Positions 18,900-28,130 of a DNA stretch of 64,000 bases are shown here, piece by piece. Source of the stretch: a virus (taxonomy: Duplodnaviria; Caudoviricetes). Below the pieces are notes generated by a model that was not told the origin of the DNA, did not search any database, and saw only the letters and a list, made by a program, of their open reading frames with translations. The stretch's first letter is position 1. Each line of letters begins with the position of its first letter. A program made the translations under genes and the position numbers. Where the stretch lies: positions 51,490-115,489 of IMG/VR virus record IMGVR_UViG_3300032335_001233. One strand, written 5' to 3'.

Positions 18900-19856
18900 T
18901 TATTTCAAATAGGGCAAAAAACGTTGATAAATGTCGCCCCGTTGGCCTTCTTGATCACTCCAGTGCGCCGCAGCTAGTTCATGAATCCACTGAGTGCGAT
19001 CAAACACCTGAGCTGACTCAATCTTGCTGATGTCATGATTGGACATTGCCCAACTCACACAGCTTTCATCATCGGCAAATATGGGTATGCCTTCGCAAAC
19101 CGCAGCAACTGATGCTGAACTGTTAAAGAACACCGCACTGTGCGCATGGGCAAGATCTTGCAATAAGGTAGTTCGCGTGGGATCAATCACTGTGACACGC
19201 AGACGTTTTTGAAAATGTGGATGTTGGAACTCGCCAAAGTCAGCATGCTTCCAGGCGCCAGGGTGAGGTCTCACCACTATGGGGCGTTGAGTATAGGCTC
19301 TGATGTGATTGATTTTTTCCCGCAACCACTGAATAGGGTCCAACGTCTTCATGGCAAAACCGCCATCACGCTGCATGCAGATCAAGATGTGTCCTTGATT
19401 TCTCTGCTGTGTGGGCTTGAGTACAATGCCCAGTTGTGAACTAATTTGCTGCCATTTGAGAGCCGAAGCACCACGGTTGGCGTATTGTGCTTTGTCGTAA
19501 AATGGACCGTCCAAGCTGTATCGTAGATAACTGCCGGTGTCATCAAGATACTTGAAACAGCTAGCATCAACACACATGGTCTGAAATCCCTGACGACGCT
19601 GCTCGGCAATGATCTGCTTGCGCAACACAATGTTACGGCCACCGGTGTTGGTGGTAGCCCATCCCAACATCACCGCAAGACGACTGGGGGTATAGCAATA
19701 GTCCCATTCCACATGCACAGTGTCGCCCAGGGCTTTTACACCTTGTGCAAAACTTTCAAGACACTGTATCTTTCGAGGATGCTTGCGTGGATTGGCCACT
19801 GAACTCACATATACCACAACATCAATCACCGTTGAGAATCCTCCATGCAGTTCCAT
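18900..19856 (-). CDS. Capsule-polysaccharide-biosynthesis-like GT-B protein (paralogue 3); true start may be GTG at 19829
   Basis: VRPHP, HSAVFFNSSASVAAVCEGIP, DRTQWIHELAAAHW. Confidence 0.55.
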   Translation of the reverse strand: MELHGGFSTVIDVVVYVSSVANPRKHPRKIQCLESFAQGVKALGDTVHVEWDYCYTPSRLAVMLGWATTNTGGRNIVLRKQIIAEQRRQGFQTMCVDASCFKYLDDTGSYLRYSLDGPFYDKAQYANRGASALKWQQISSQLGIVLKPTQQRNQGHILICMQRDGGFAMKTLDPIQWLREKINHIRAYTQRPIVVRPHPGAWKHADFGEFQHPHFQKRLRVTVIDPTRTTLLQDLAHAHSAVFFNSSASVAAVCEGIPIFADDESCVSWAMSNHDISKIESAQVFDRTQWIHELAAAHWSDQEGQRGDIYQRFLPYLK

Positions 19857-21480
19857 CGCGCATTTCGGCTTCGGTGAATTGGCAGTAGGCCAAATGTGCT
19901 GCCCAGGCTGCTACTTCGTCCAAGGTGGGAATTCGTGGATTTTCAATGTCTGCCAGACTTTGACTGCACAGTGGGGCAGCAGCATTGGGTCCTAGTGTAA
20001 TGGCTGGCTTGCCATTCAACAGTGCTTCGCCGGCAGCAATACTGCTAAAAGTCACCAAACAGTGTATGTCACGCTCCAGAGCCATGGCCATGGTGTCGGT
20101 GGTGACTCTCACACTGCGACTCTGTTTGGTACGCAGCACAATGGGACGATCTGTGTGCTTGCGAATTTCTTCTTGAGTTTGTTCCAACCACTCTTCAAGA
20201 TTGATGTTGTAGAGGTTTAACAACTTTTGACTGGGTGGTGCCAACAGTATGTTGCGTCCTGGATAGAATTTTTTTAATTGTACACCAGTTACAGACAATC
20301 GGTCATGTGGCCTTTCTATAATAGGACCAAACCATTGCACATCGTTTTTGGTGATTCTGTGATAGAGTTTTTTGCGAACATTGCCAAAGTAACCAGTGTC
20401 AATGTAGTAAAAGTCTCGTCCCGCAGCACGACAGGCAGTCATTTCTTTGCGTTTGGTGATGCCACGCAGTACCACTGGAGTGTCAGTGCTTTCTTCACGC
20501 TTCCATGTGCTTATTCTTCCGCCGGAACCTTGTATAAAACTTTGTAAGATAGGATCGTACACGTGACCTTTTTCCTTGTATTTTGTTTCCCCAGGCTCCA
20601 TATCAATAGCCGCCACGGTGCCTGAATCAAGACCACGTAACTGTTCAACAATGCTGTCAAAACTGACGTCGTAATACACACCTTGGGGGTCAACTCTGTA
20701 CTTTACAATGTCTTGAAACAGCTGAGCCATTGATTCAGGCACAAGGTCAAGTTGATGTCGTGGCGGTGGCGGCTCAGTTTGTGCCTCTTGGCCTCTTTGA
20801 ACTTCCTGATAGTCGCGCAACCATAATCCACCATACTCACAGCCCATGTATTCTGGAAACCATGGACCACCTTCGGTGTAGTGTATGGCACTGGGTTTGC
20901 CATCTTGGGGCTCATGGTACCAGTTTACCAGCCAGTTCCATGCTGTGGGCAAGCTACCCAGCCACTCAGTCTTGACCTGCGGTATCCAACCAAACTGATG
21001 CAGTTGGCTGGGAGTAGCACGGTCAACATATTCTGTGGTAACCTTGGCGTTAACTTGGTGTGCACAGTTCCACAATATCATGCTGCTCCAGTTTTTTCTT
21101 GGATATACATGCTGTTGCTTGCCGTCCATTTTGACAGAAGCACTGGGTTGGTAATTGTGTTGCACCACTTGCACAGCACAGTCAGGATCGGCCAATGCAA
21201 ACAGTTTGGCAATGTCGTCCACAAACAAAAAGTCGCAGTCCACAAACACTGCCCAGCCTTGGTATTGATTGAGATGTGGTACCAAGAAGCGTGTGAGACT
21301 GAATTCTGTGCTGGCCTTGACGTCTACTGCTCGAGTATAGATGCCTTGATCTCTAAGTTCTTGTTGTTTGAGAAACACAATTTCCACCGGTATAGAACTG
21401 TGCTTGAGTATGCTGTGAGCACATACGTCTGCTGCTTCGGGCTCACGACTGTCCCAACCAATGTATACTCTGTGGGTCAT
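19822..21480 (-). CDS. Bifunctional glycosyltransferase: N-terminal GT-A plus C-terminal capsule-biosynthesis-like GT-B domain (paralogue 4)
   Basis: IGWDSRE, STEFSLTRF, FVDCDFLF, YPRKNWSS, HYTEGGPW; then YIDTGYFG, LVTFSSIAAGEALLNGKP, HLAYCQF. Confidence 0.75.
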   Translation of the reverse strand: MTHRVYIGWDSREPEAADVCAHSILKHSSIPVEIVFLKQQELRDQGIYTRAVDVKASTEFSLTRFLVPHLNQYQGWAVFVDCDFLFVDDIAKLFALADPDCAVQVVQHNYQPSASVKMDGKQQHVYPRKNWSSMILWNCAHQVNAKVTTEYVDRATPSQLHQFGWIPQVKTEWLGSLPTAWNWLVNWYHEPQDGKPSAIHYTEGGPWFPEYMGCEYGGLWLRDYQEVQRGQEAQTEPPPPRHQLDLVPESMAQLFQDIVKYRVDPQGVYYDVSFDSIVEQLRGLDSGTVAAIDMEPGETKYKEKGHVYDPILQSFIQGSGGRISTWKREESTDTPVVLRGITKRKEMTACRAAGRDFYYIDTGYFGNVRKKLYHRITKNDVQWFGPIIERPHDRLSVTGVQLKKFYPGRNILLAPPSQKLLNLYNINLEEWLEQTQEEIRKHTDRPIVLRTKQSRSVRVTTDTMAMALERDIHCLVTFSSIAAGEALLNGKPAITLGPNAAAPLCSQSLADIENPRIPTLDEVAAWAAHLAYCQFTEAEMRDGTAWRILNGD

Positions 21481-22238
21481 TGTCTTTCAATGTCCTCTTC
21501 ACGACAGTTAGCGCCGTACTGGATTTCAATCAAGCGTAAAGGCACATCAGTTTCGTTGCACAGCATGTGCCAGTCACCGCAGGGAATATAAGTGCTTTCG
21601 TGTGCTTGCATCACACAACGCAAATCATGATCAGTACTACTGTCCAAGGTATACACTGCGGCTGTGCCTTGTGCCACAAACCAAAACTCAGCACGTTGCT
21701 GATGTCGTTGCATGCTGAGACAGGTCTTGGGGTTGACCGTGAGCTCTTTGAGTTTGACTTCAGGCCCTACTTCATGTAGCACACGATAATACCCCCAGCT
21801 TCGTTGAGTCTTGGGTGCTTTCCACTCCTCGAGAATCCAGCTAGAACTGTTTTTCTTGTCTTCACCGCCTACACCAAATTCAAAAGTTAGCTTGGAATCT
21901 ACAACATCCATTTCAGGGATGTTGGTGGCAGTGCGATCTCCACCGTTGGCAAAGATCAATTCTGCATCAGGATAGTGTGCTCGAACCTGGCGTATAAATT
22001 CACGGGCCGAACCGTCACTGTCGTCAAAGGTATAAACTTCGTCTACCATGCTGAGATTGTTGATCACACACAGGCGTTCATTCCAAGGCATAAATGCCCG
22101 ACCTTTTTTGCGTTCCAACCACTCATCACTGTTGATACCCACAATGAGCCTGTCGCCTAGGGTGCGAGCTGCTTTGAGATAGGCGATGTGTCCTGAATGT
22201 ATGGGGTCAAAGCCGCCAGTTACAAGTGCTATTTTCAT
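21477..22238 (-). CDS. Cytidylyl/adenylyltransferase (HIGH family) fused to a mannose-6-phosphate-isomerase-type cupin
   Basis: TGGFDPIHSGH, NSDEWL.RKKG, ANGGDR, KNSSS; then RSWGYYRVL, SMQRH..RAEFW. Confidence 0.85.
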   Translation of the reverse strand: MKIALVTGGFDPIHSGHIAYLKAARTLGDRLIVGINSDEWLERKKGRAFMPWNERLCVINNLSMVDEVYTFDDSDGSAREFIRQVRAHYPDAELIFANGGDRTATNIPEMDVVDSKLTFEFGVGGEDKKNSSSWILEEWKAPKTQRSWGYYRVLHEVGPEVKLKELTVNPKTCLSMQRHQQRAEFWFVAQGTAAVYTLDSSTDHDLRCVMQAHESTYIPCGDWHMLCNETDVPLRLIEIQYGANCREEDIERQ

Positions 22239-22250
22239 GTTATTATATAT

Positions 22251-22955
22251 TCATTGTGTGTTGCTTCGATACAACTTTTTGATTTTCTCAAAACTGCGCT
22301 GTTTGAGTGTAATTGCTAAGTCAGAAGAATGCGGAAAGGCTTCCGCGTGCACAATCCAAGCATTATCAAAGCAACGTTTAGTATCAAGATTATCTAAAGT
22401 GCCATATCGTTCAATTTCAATATAGTTCAAATGCTGTTGGCAATAGAATTTAACTTCTTCGTCAATGGTCCAATACAGTGATTTTTGTTGAAGTAGTTCC
22501 CAAGCAAACTGTTGAATTTGACCACATACTCTTTGGGAAAATACAATAGCACCTATTCCCCCTGTAGTATTATTGTGTTTTCGTCGCACAAGGTTTACAA
22601 CGTCGTGATATTGCAACATCTTATCTAGTTCAACAATATCAATATCACACACAGCCAAAGTATCGACGTCGCGAACCATGACATTGTGATCAGTCACTGG
22701 TAGCCGAACAAATCTGCTTAATGGGTAATAGCCTAGGGCCTGTTTGCTGTCAACGGTACCAAAGTTAGCTTTAATATCATCAAAACTTTGTTTGTCATGA
22801 TAGGTAATGTCCGCCTCAACTCCGTGCAGATCAAAATTGCTGTCAACTAATACCAAGCTGATCAAAGCGTCAGGCATGAATTGCCGAGTATTAGCCACAA
22901 ACGTGGGAACAAATGCTTTGCAATATTTTGCATCTACAGCAGTGTGCACAATCAT
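22251..22955 (-). CDS. Hypothetical glycosyltransferase-like protein
   Basis: TAVDAKY, SRFVRL, RDVD (DxD-like); cluster context; AT-richer. Confidence 0.5.
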   Translation of the reverse strand: MIVHTAVDAKYCKAFVPTFVANTRQFMPDALISLVLVDSNFDLHGVEADITYHDKQSFDDIKANFGTVDSKQALGYYPLSRFVRLPVTDHNVMVRDVDTLAVCDIDIVELDKMLQYHDVVNLVRRKHNNTTGGIGAIVFSQRVCGQIQQFAWELLQQKSLYWTIDEEVKFYCQQHLNYIEIERYGTLDNLDTKRCFDNAWIVHAEAFPHSSDLAITLKQRSFEKIKKLYRSNTQ

Positions 22956-23302
22956 GTTGCAGCTCGGCTACCCACAGTTTCACGTTTGATATCTTCATGG
23001 TCAAATTCAGCCCAGTACAGTTCAAATGCCACTGTGTTTTCGTGAGCAAAGAACTGATGATATTCGCCTGGCTGGACCTTGGTCCACTCACCGGGGCCCA
23101 GCACAGTAACATCAACGAGGTCATAGTTGTTTTTCCACACGCGAATTTCCAAACGGCCAGTTTCCACAAAGAAACCGTTCCATTTGTGTCGGTGCAAATG
23201 TTTGCTGCAAGTACCGCCAGCTTTGATGTCAATGCGGTGGAATTCCAATACACCATTGGCTTCCAACAGCCGCGTTTCTCCCCAAATTTTGCCTGCTTTC
23301 AT
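22952..23302 (-). CDS. Cupin-domain protein (sugar isomerase-like)
   Basis: KIWG, CSKHLH..KWNGF, PGEYHQF. Confidence 0.8.
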   Translation of the reverse strand: MKAGKIWGETRLLEANGVLEFHRIDIKAGGTCSKHLHRHKWNGFFVETGRLEIRVWKNNYDLVDVTVLGPGEWTKVQPGEYHQFFAHENTVAFELYWAEFDHEDIKRETVGSRAAT

Positions 23303-23341
23303 AGACTCTCCAGTAGATCTATTTAACAGGCAAAATTTTAG

Positions 23342-24442
23342 TTAGAACAAATCCACTCGTTCCCAGGGCAAGTCAGCACGGCCAAAATGTCCATAGTTGG
23401 TAGTAGTGCTGTAGATGGGTCGAAACAGATCAAATCTGTCAATAATGCCGCGTGGTGACAAGTCAACGTTATCTTGTACCCACTTGGTAAGTTCGCGCCC
23501 TTGGTTGGTGTCTGCTGTTTCAATATAGAAACTCATGGGCTGGGCCAGGCCAATTGCGTAACTGATCTGGCAAGTGGCCCATGGTGCGCGACCACTGGCC
23601 ACAATGTTCTTGGCAATGTATCGCATCATGTAGGCGGCACTGCGATCTACCTTAGTAGGATCCTTGCCGGAAAAAGCACCACCTCCATGAGGACTATAGC
23701 CGCCGTAAGTATCAACAATAATCTTACGACCTGTGAGACCTGTATCGCCATCAGGTCCGCCAATAACAAACCTACCAGTAGGATTAATAAAAAATTCAGT
23801 GTTGCTGTCAACATATTGCTCCGGTAAGATACTGCGAATTACACTTTCAACGGATTGTCTAACTTGCTCAATGCCCACAGACTCGTGGTGTTGTGTTGAA
23901 CAAACAACTTTGGCAATGCGTCGTGGAGTACCGTCATCGTTGTATTCAAATGTTACTTGGCTCTTGGCGTCGGGGCCCAACCAATTCAGTGCTAGACTCT
24001 TGCGTACCTGGGTCAATGTCTCCACAATGCGATGGCTCCAATAAATGGCACTGGGCATGTGGTTGTCGGTTTCATTGCAGGCATATCCAAACATGAGTCC
24101 TTGATCACCAGCACCAAACGTGTCTGTGCCCAGCGCAATATCAGCACTTTGCCCATGCAACAGATTGGTAACTTCCAACGTTTGCCAGTCAAAGCCTGCC
24201 TGCTGGTAACCAATGTTCTTGACTATCCGACGCACAGCAGATTCTACTTCCTCATGATGCAACACACCTTTGTATTCACCAGCCACAACCACGCGATTGG
24301 TAGTGACCAAGGTTTCGCAGGCACAGCGCAGCGTGGGGTCTTGATGTTGCATCACAAGATCCAACACAGCATCCGATATTGCATCGGCCACTTTGTCGGG
24401 GTGTCCCTCGCTCACGCTTTCACTAGTAAACAAATAACTCAT
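23342..24442 (-). CDS. metK: S-adenosylmethionine synthetase
   Basis: FTSESVSEGHPDK, GAGDQG, GGGAFSGKDPTKVDRS, YGHFGR. Confidence 0.97.
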   Translation of the reverse strand: MSYLFTSESVSEGHPDKVADAISDAVLDLVMQHQDPTLRCACETLVTTNRVVVAGEYKGVLHHEEVESAVRRIVKNIGYQQAGFDWQTLEVTNLLHGQSADIALGTDTFGAGDQGLMFGYACNETDNHMPSAIYWSHRIVETLTQVRKSLALNWLGPDAKSQVTFEYNDDGTPRRIAKVVCSTQHHESVGIEQVRQSVESVIRSILPEQYVDSNTEFFINPTGRFVIGGPDGDTGLTGRKIIVDTYGGYSPHGGGAFSGKDPTKVDRSAAYMMRYIAKNIVASGRAPWATCQISYAIGLAQPMSFYIETADTNQGRELTKWVQDNVDLSPRGIIDRFDLFRPIYSTTTNYGHFGRADLPWERVDLF

Positions 24443-24461
24443 ACATTCCTTTTAAAATTTA

Positions 24462-24914
24462 TCACAGTGTGACATCTTCCATGCCAGCTGTGCGCAGTTT
24501 GACCACGTGACCCATTTGCCACTGCTTGGTGTCAAGGCCTTTCATGATACCCAGCCAACGATTGCGCAACAATGCCACTTCGTTTATGATGGTTTCAAAG
24601 TCCACAACTTCATCCTCACCATCCACGTATTTTTCAGCGTCGCGACTGGTCAAGGCACGTGCGTAACCTTCAAGATACTTTTGAAAGTGGCGACGTCGCA
24701 ATTTGCGTAGCTGTATGTTGAGATAGTTCAGCACAGCTTCAATCTCTTGTAGTTGATTGAATCTGTGTTCGGTGATGCCGGGCAGTTCTTTGATGTTGCG
24801 TTCCAGCACACCAGATACTCGGCAGTCTGATTTGGCCTGTTCTAGTTCAACCTCATAATGTGCAATGAAGTCTGGTATGCAGCCTAGATCAGCAACAACT
24901 TGGCTGTACCACAT
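24462..24914 (-). CDS. uvsY: Recombination mediator UvsY-like
   Basis: Helical ~150 aa, AEKYVDGE, position near uvsX. Confidence 0.65.
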   Translation of the reverse strand: MWYSQVVADLGCIPDFIAHYEVELEQAKSDCRVSGVLERNIKELPGITEHRFNQLQEIEAVLNYLNIQLRKLRRRHFQKYLEGYARALTSRDAEKYVDGEDEVVDFETIINEVALLRNRWLGIMKGLDTKQWQMGHVVKLRTAGMEDVTL

Positions 24915-25174
24915 CAGTCATCCCAGTTTTCGTCGTCGTAGTCAGCTTCTTCTTCCTCGTACTCGGCTTCGCTTTCGTCGTGTCCTTGATCAAGATAGTC
25001 AGCCAAGGCACGTTTGACATCAGTGTCATGCGCAAAGCTCTCACGGATATCCTCGGGATCGCAATCATGTTCAATCATGATGGCAATCATGTTTTCGGCT
25101 GCTTCGTTACGATCCACGGTGTTGATGTAACGCTTGAGTTCGCCCCAAATTTCATTGATCATTCCCACTTGCAT
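24914..25174 (-). CDS. Small acidic hypothetical protein
   Basis: 86 aa with an Asp/Glu-rich tail; 1-bp overlaps with uvsX and uvsY. Confidence 0.7.
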   Translation of the reverse strand: MQVGMINEIWGELKRYINTVDRNEAAENMIAIMIEHDCDPEDIRESFAHDTDVKRALADYLDQGHDESEAEYEEEEADYDDENWDD

Positions 25175-26229
25175 TATTCGCTTTCCTCTTCAACTGTAGC
25201 AACGGTTTCTTTTTGATTCTTGAAGTCTCGCATGACTTTGTCTAGGCAGCCGTCTTCGTTAGATTCCCAACCCTTGCGAAAGTATTTTATGATCTCACCG
25301 TCAGAGGTCACAAACATCAGTCGGTTGCCATCTTTCTTGAGCAAGCCTTTTTTCTCAGCCAAGTCTGTGAGACCCGAGTAAGGGTTCATCCCAGTTTCAT
25401 ATGGAATCTTGACCTGCACGCCTTCAAAAGGTTTGGCATAACGTGTTTTCATGACCTTGCAGGCCGATCGAATACCCATGACGTCACTGACTTTGTTGCC
25501 ATCTTCGTCTTCTTTGAGCTTGAGTTTCTTCATAGCCACCACAATAGATGAGGCATAGATAAAGCCCTGACCACCCGAGATCTTGTCGTCAGGGTCAAAC
25601 ATGTCCTGACTGGCGTAGGTATGATTGGTACACACCAGGCCCACGTTGTAGCTACCAAACATGTTGACACAGTTACGAACCAAGGCTGTAAGTGCTTTGG
25701 GTTTACGCCCCAAGTCACCTTTCATTTCGCCTGCATCAAATTGGTTAACGTCTGTGGGTGTGAGCAACATGCCCAAGCTGTCAATCACAAACATGACCTT
25801 GGGACGTTCGCCTTCGGCCAAGGCCTTGTAGTCCGACATGAATGTGGAAATAGTCTTGGCCACGTCGTCAATCATGGCCATGCTGAGCTTGAGCAGTTTG
25901 CTTTCGGAAGTGTCCACGCCCAAGGCCTTGAGCCAGTCTTCATCTAGGGCGTTTTCTGAATCAATCAGCACCACAAAGATACCTTGCTCTTGTGCGTTCT
26001 TGATGATGTTGCCCGAGCAGATGTAACTCTTGCCAGCGCCTGATTCTCCAGCAAACACAGTGACTTTACCCAAGGGAATGCCACGGTTGAAATCACCCGA
26101 GATAAGATAGTTCAAGGCATAATTCCCGGTGCTGACCCAGTCAGTGGGATCATTGAAGCCAATAGAGAGGCCGTCAATGCTCTTGGTAATTTCCTTGCGG
26201 AACTTTGATACGTCAAATGGTTTGGCCAT
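25174..26229 (-). CDS. uvsX: RecA-like recombinase UvsX
   Basis: AGESGAGKS, IDSENALD, VIDSLG, TNHTY, SGGQG, KTRY. Confidence 0.92.
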   Translation of the reverse strand: MAKPFDVSKFRKEITKSIDGLSIGFNDPTDWVSTGNYALNYLISGDFNRGIPLGKVTVFAGESGAGKSYICSGNIIKNAQEQGIFVVLIDSENALDEDWLKALGVDTSESKLLKLSMAMIDDVAKTISTFMSDYKALAEGERPKVMFVIDSLGMLLTPTDVNQFDAGEMKGDLGRKPKALTALVRNCVNMFGSYNVGLVCTNHTYASQDMFDPDDKISGGQGFIYASSIVVAMKKLKLKEDEDGNKVSDVMGIRSACKVMKTRYAKPFEGVQVKIPYETGMNPYSGLTDLAEKKGLLKKDGNRLMFVTSDGEIIKYFRKGWESNEDGCLDKVMRDFKNQKETVATVEEESE

Positions 26230-26249
26230 GATATTTTTCCTTAATATGC

Positions 26250-26864
26250 TTATATTATACTATACTTTGTTGTCAAGATCATCTTGATATTGCCGTTTTC
26301 GACATCGGAGTTGACTGGCGTGATCTCTAAATACTCACACTCTATGCCAACTTTCTGTAGTTCTTTCAGTTGTATTGCAACTATGTCAACTACTGAATAT
26401 TTTAATCTATCGTAATAAATATGCCAGTCTGATACGCTTAGATAAATTTTACCCGTCTTTTTGAGCCATGTCAGCAGATTTGGTTTACTGAGCCCTGACC
26501 GATTTATACGTTGATTTACCAAAAAGTCCAATATACTACTGTTATACTTTTGCGACAGTGGGTTTATTAAAATTAGATTATCAAATTCTCTATCAAAGTC
26601 AATGCCTTGATTACTATATAGCATGCCATCTACTGATTTGATCGGACAAGGCAAAACTTCTACTACTGTTATGTCTGGCATAAAGTCTTTGAAAAACAAT
26701 CCTCCACTGTTGAACACTACGGATGAACCTTGACAACTTTCAATTATTTTTTGAGACCAAGGATCACAAATTTTTTCTGCTCTGTGCCGATTTCTAATGT
26801 AGGAATCCCATTTGTACAATGCGTTCTTCCACATCTTGTACCTTGCGACTCTTGTGGTTTTCAT
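26250..26864 (-). CDS. Hypothetical protein (AT-rich insert)
   Basis: 204-aa ORF in operon. Confidence 0.6.
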   Translation of the reverse strand: MKTTRVARYKMWKNALYKWDSYIRNRHRAEKICDPWSQKIIESCQGSSVVFNSGGLFFKDFMPDITVVEVLPCPIKSVDGMLYSNQGIDFDREFDNLILINPLSQKYNSSILDFLVNQRINRSGLSKPNLLTWLKKTGKIYLSVSDWHIYYDRLKYSVVDIVAIQLKELQKVGIECEYLEITPVNSDVENGNIKMILTTKYSII

Positions 26865-26865
26865 G

Positions 26866-27393
26866 TTACTCTTTCCATAAAAAATATTTTATGTTTGGGT
26901 GCACAAAAATATAATTACTTCCTTCTATCATGTAGCCTTGTTGGTGTGCCAATTGTAAAGGATTGTCAATTACTGTACTTAGATCCTCGATGCGGCCAGC
27001 AAACGAGCAGTTTTTCCTAAACACAGTGTTAATATTTTCACTGTAGGTTCCTGTTAATGTTTCATCAAAATGCATCGGTGCAAGGTAATAACTTAACGCT
27101 GCTATGTAAATACCACGTTTACTTTTGTTATAACAGTTTTGGTAGAGAGAAAATAGTTCTTCAAAACGAAGTTTACTCAATTCGATATCTGTAATAATGT
27201 AGAGATCTGGCTGTTGTCCTGGTGCGCATTCAAAAGTATTCAGTAGCTGTTTGATGCTATAATGACAATAATCAAAATTCAAAGATAAATCCATTGGTGC
27301 TATAATGTTGGCCAACACAGTATCTGGCGGAATATTATTCCACCCTTGTACGTCCTTTTGCATTTTATACCAATCGTGAAATCTCTTGCTCAT
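26866..27393 (-). CDS. Hypothetical protein (AT-rich insert)
   Basis: 175-aa ORF; C-terminal NYIFVHPN. Confidence 0.6.
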   Translation of the reverse strand: MSKRFHDWYKMQKDVQGWNNIPPDTVLANIIAPMDLSLNFDYCHYSIKQLLNTFECAPGQQPDLYIITDIELSKLRFEELFSLYQNCYNKSKRGIYIAALSYYLAPMHFDETLTGTYSENINTVFRKNCSFAGRIEDLSTVIDNPLQLAHQQGYMIEGSNYIFVHPNIKYFLWKE

Positions 27394-28130
27394 GACAATA
27401 TTTCTATTAGATGACTTGTGCTAGTTGGCGGAGCATGTAATAGAGTCAAGTCAATATGCGAAACGTTGTAATGCTTCAGCAGCATCGAATGACACATTGC
27501 AGTCTCGTAAAAACTCAAATCAATCTCGTGTATTTTTTTTAAAATAACATTGTCAACTATCTTTTGACATTTTGCTACACTATCGTAATACGTCTGATTT
27601 GAAGCTGATGCAAGTTTGCAAAACTCTTCTACTTGACTGTGTACAGGAGTAAGTCCTAACTGATCTAACCATGCAGAAATATGTGCTGGATTATTCCAAT
27701 AATCTACAATGTCCAATTTGTAATCACAATCTATATACCAATCCGAATCGGACGATATTTTATCCTTTAGTGTTACTGACAGTATTTCTAGCTGCTCACC
27801 GTATGTCTGTCCGTGCTGCTTGTATACCACAGGATCATTGTGATTTGGTATATCGCCTATCCACTTCTTTAGTCCCATTAGTAAAATTAAATAACGACCA
27901 AAAAAAGTTGTTGATGTAGAACAAGCCACTTTGTTGCCCAACGCTTGTTCTGCAAGTACATTACATTTAGGATGCTGTAGTCGAAACAACACACATTGAG
28001 GAATATAATGATGTAAGTTCTGTTGATTGATAAAAGAGGGGAACTCTTTGTTCCCCTCTTTTGTGCATGTCTCAATGAGAGCCATGGTTGTATGGCCCAT
28101 AGCCCCATTATGATAGCAAAAAACCAACAT
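27390..28130 (-). CDS. Hypothetical protein (AT-rich insert; possible sulfotransferase-like N-terminus)
   Basis: 246-aa ORF overlapping the gp32 stop; VFCYHNGAMGH. Confidence 0.6.
   Translation of the reverse strand: MLVFCYHNGAMGHTTMALIETCTKEGNKEFPSFINQQNLHHYIPQCVLFRLQHPKCNVLAEQALGNKVACSTSTTFFGRYLILLMGLKKWIGDIPNHNDPVVYKQHGQTYGEQLEILSVTLKDKISSDSDWYIDCDYKLDIVDYWNNPAHISAWLDQLGLTPVHSQVEEFCKLASASNQTYYDSVAKCQKIVDNVILKKIHEIDLSFYETAMCHSMLLKHYNVSHIDLTLLHAPPTSTSHLIEILS

Noticed and set aside
13832-24442. Host (bacterial) LPS/capsule locus, i.e. a prophage boundary or chimeric contig
   Set aside because: The genes are continuous with phage uvsY/uvsX, share the phage TAAATA motif and lack export/polymerase genes.
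26255-26280. sigma70 promoter for uvsX (TTGACA...TATAAT)
   Set aside because: The hexamers are only 11 bp apart; the TATAAT may still function but the pair is not supportable.
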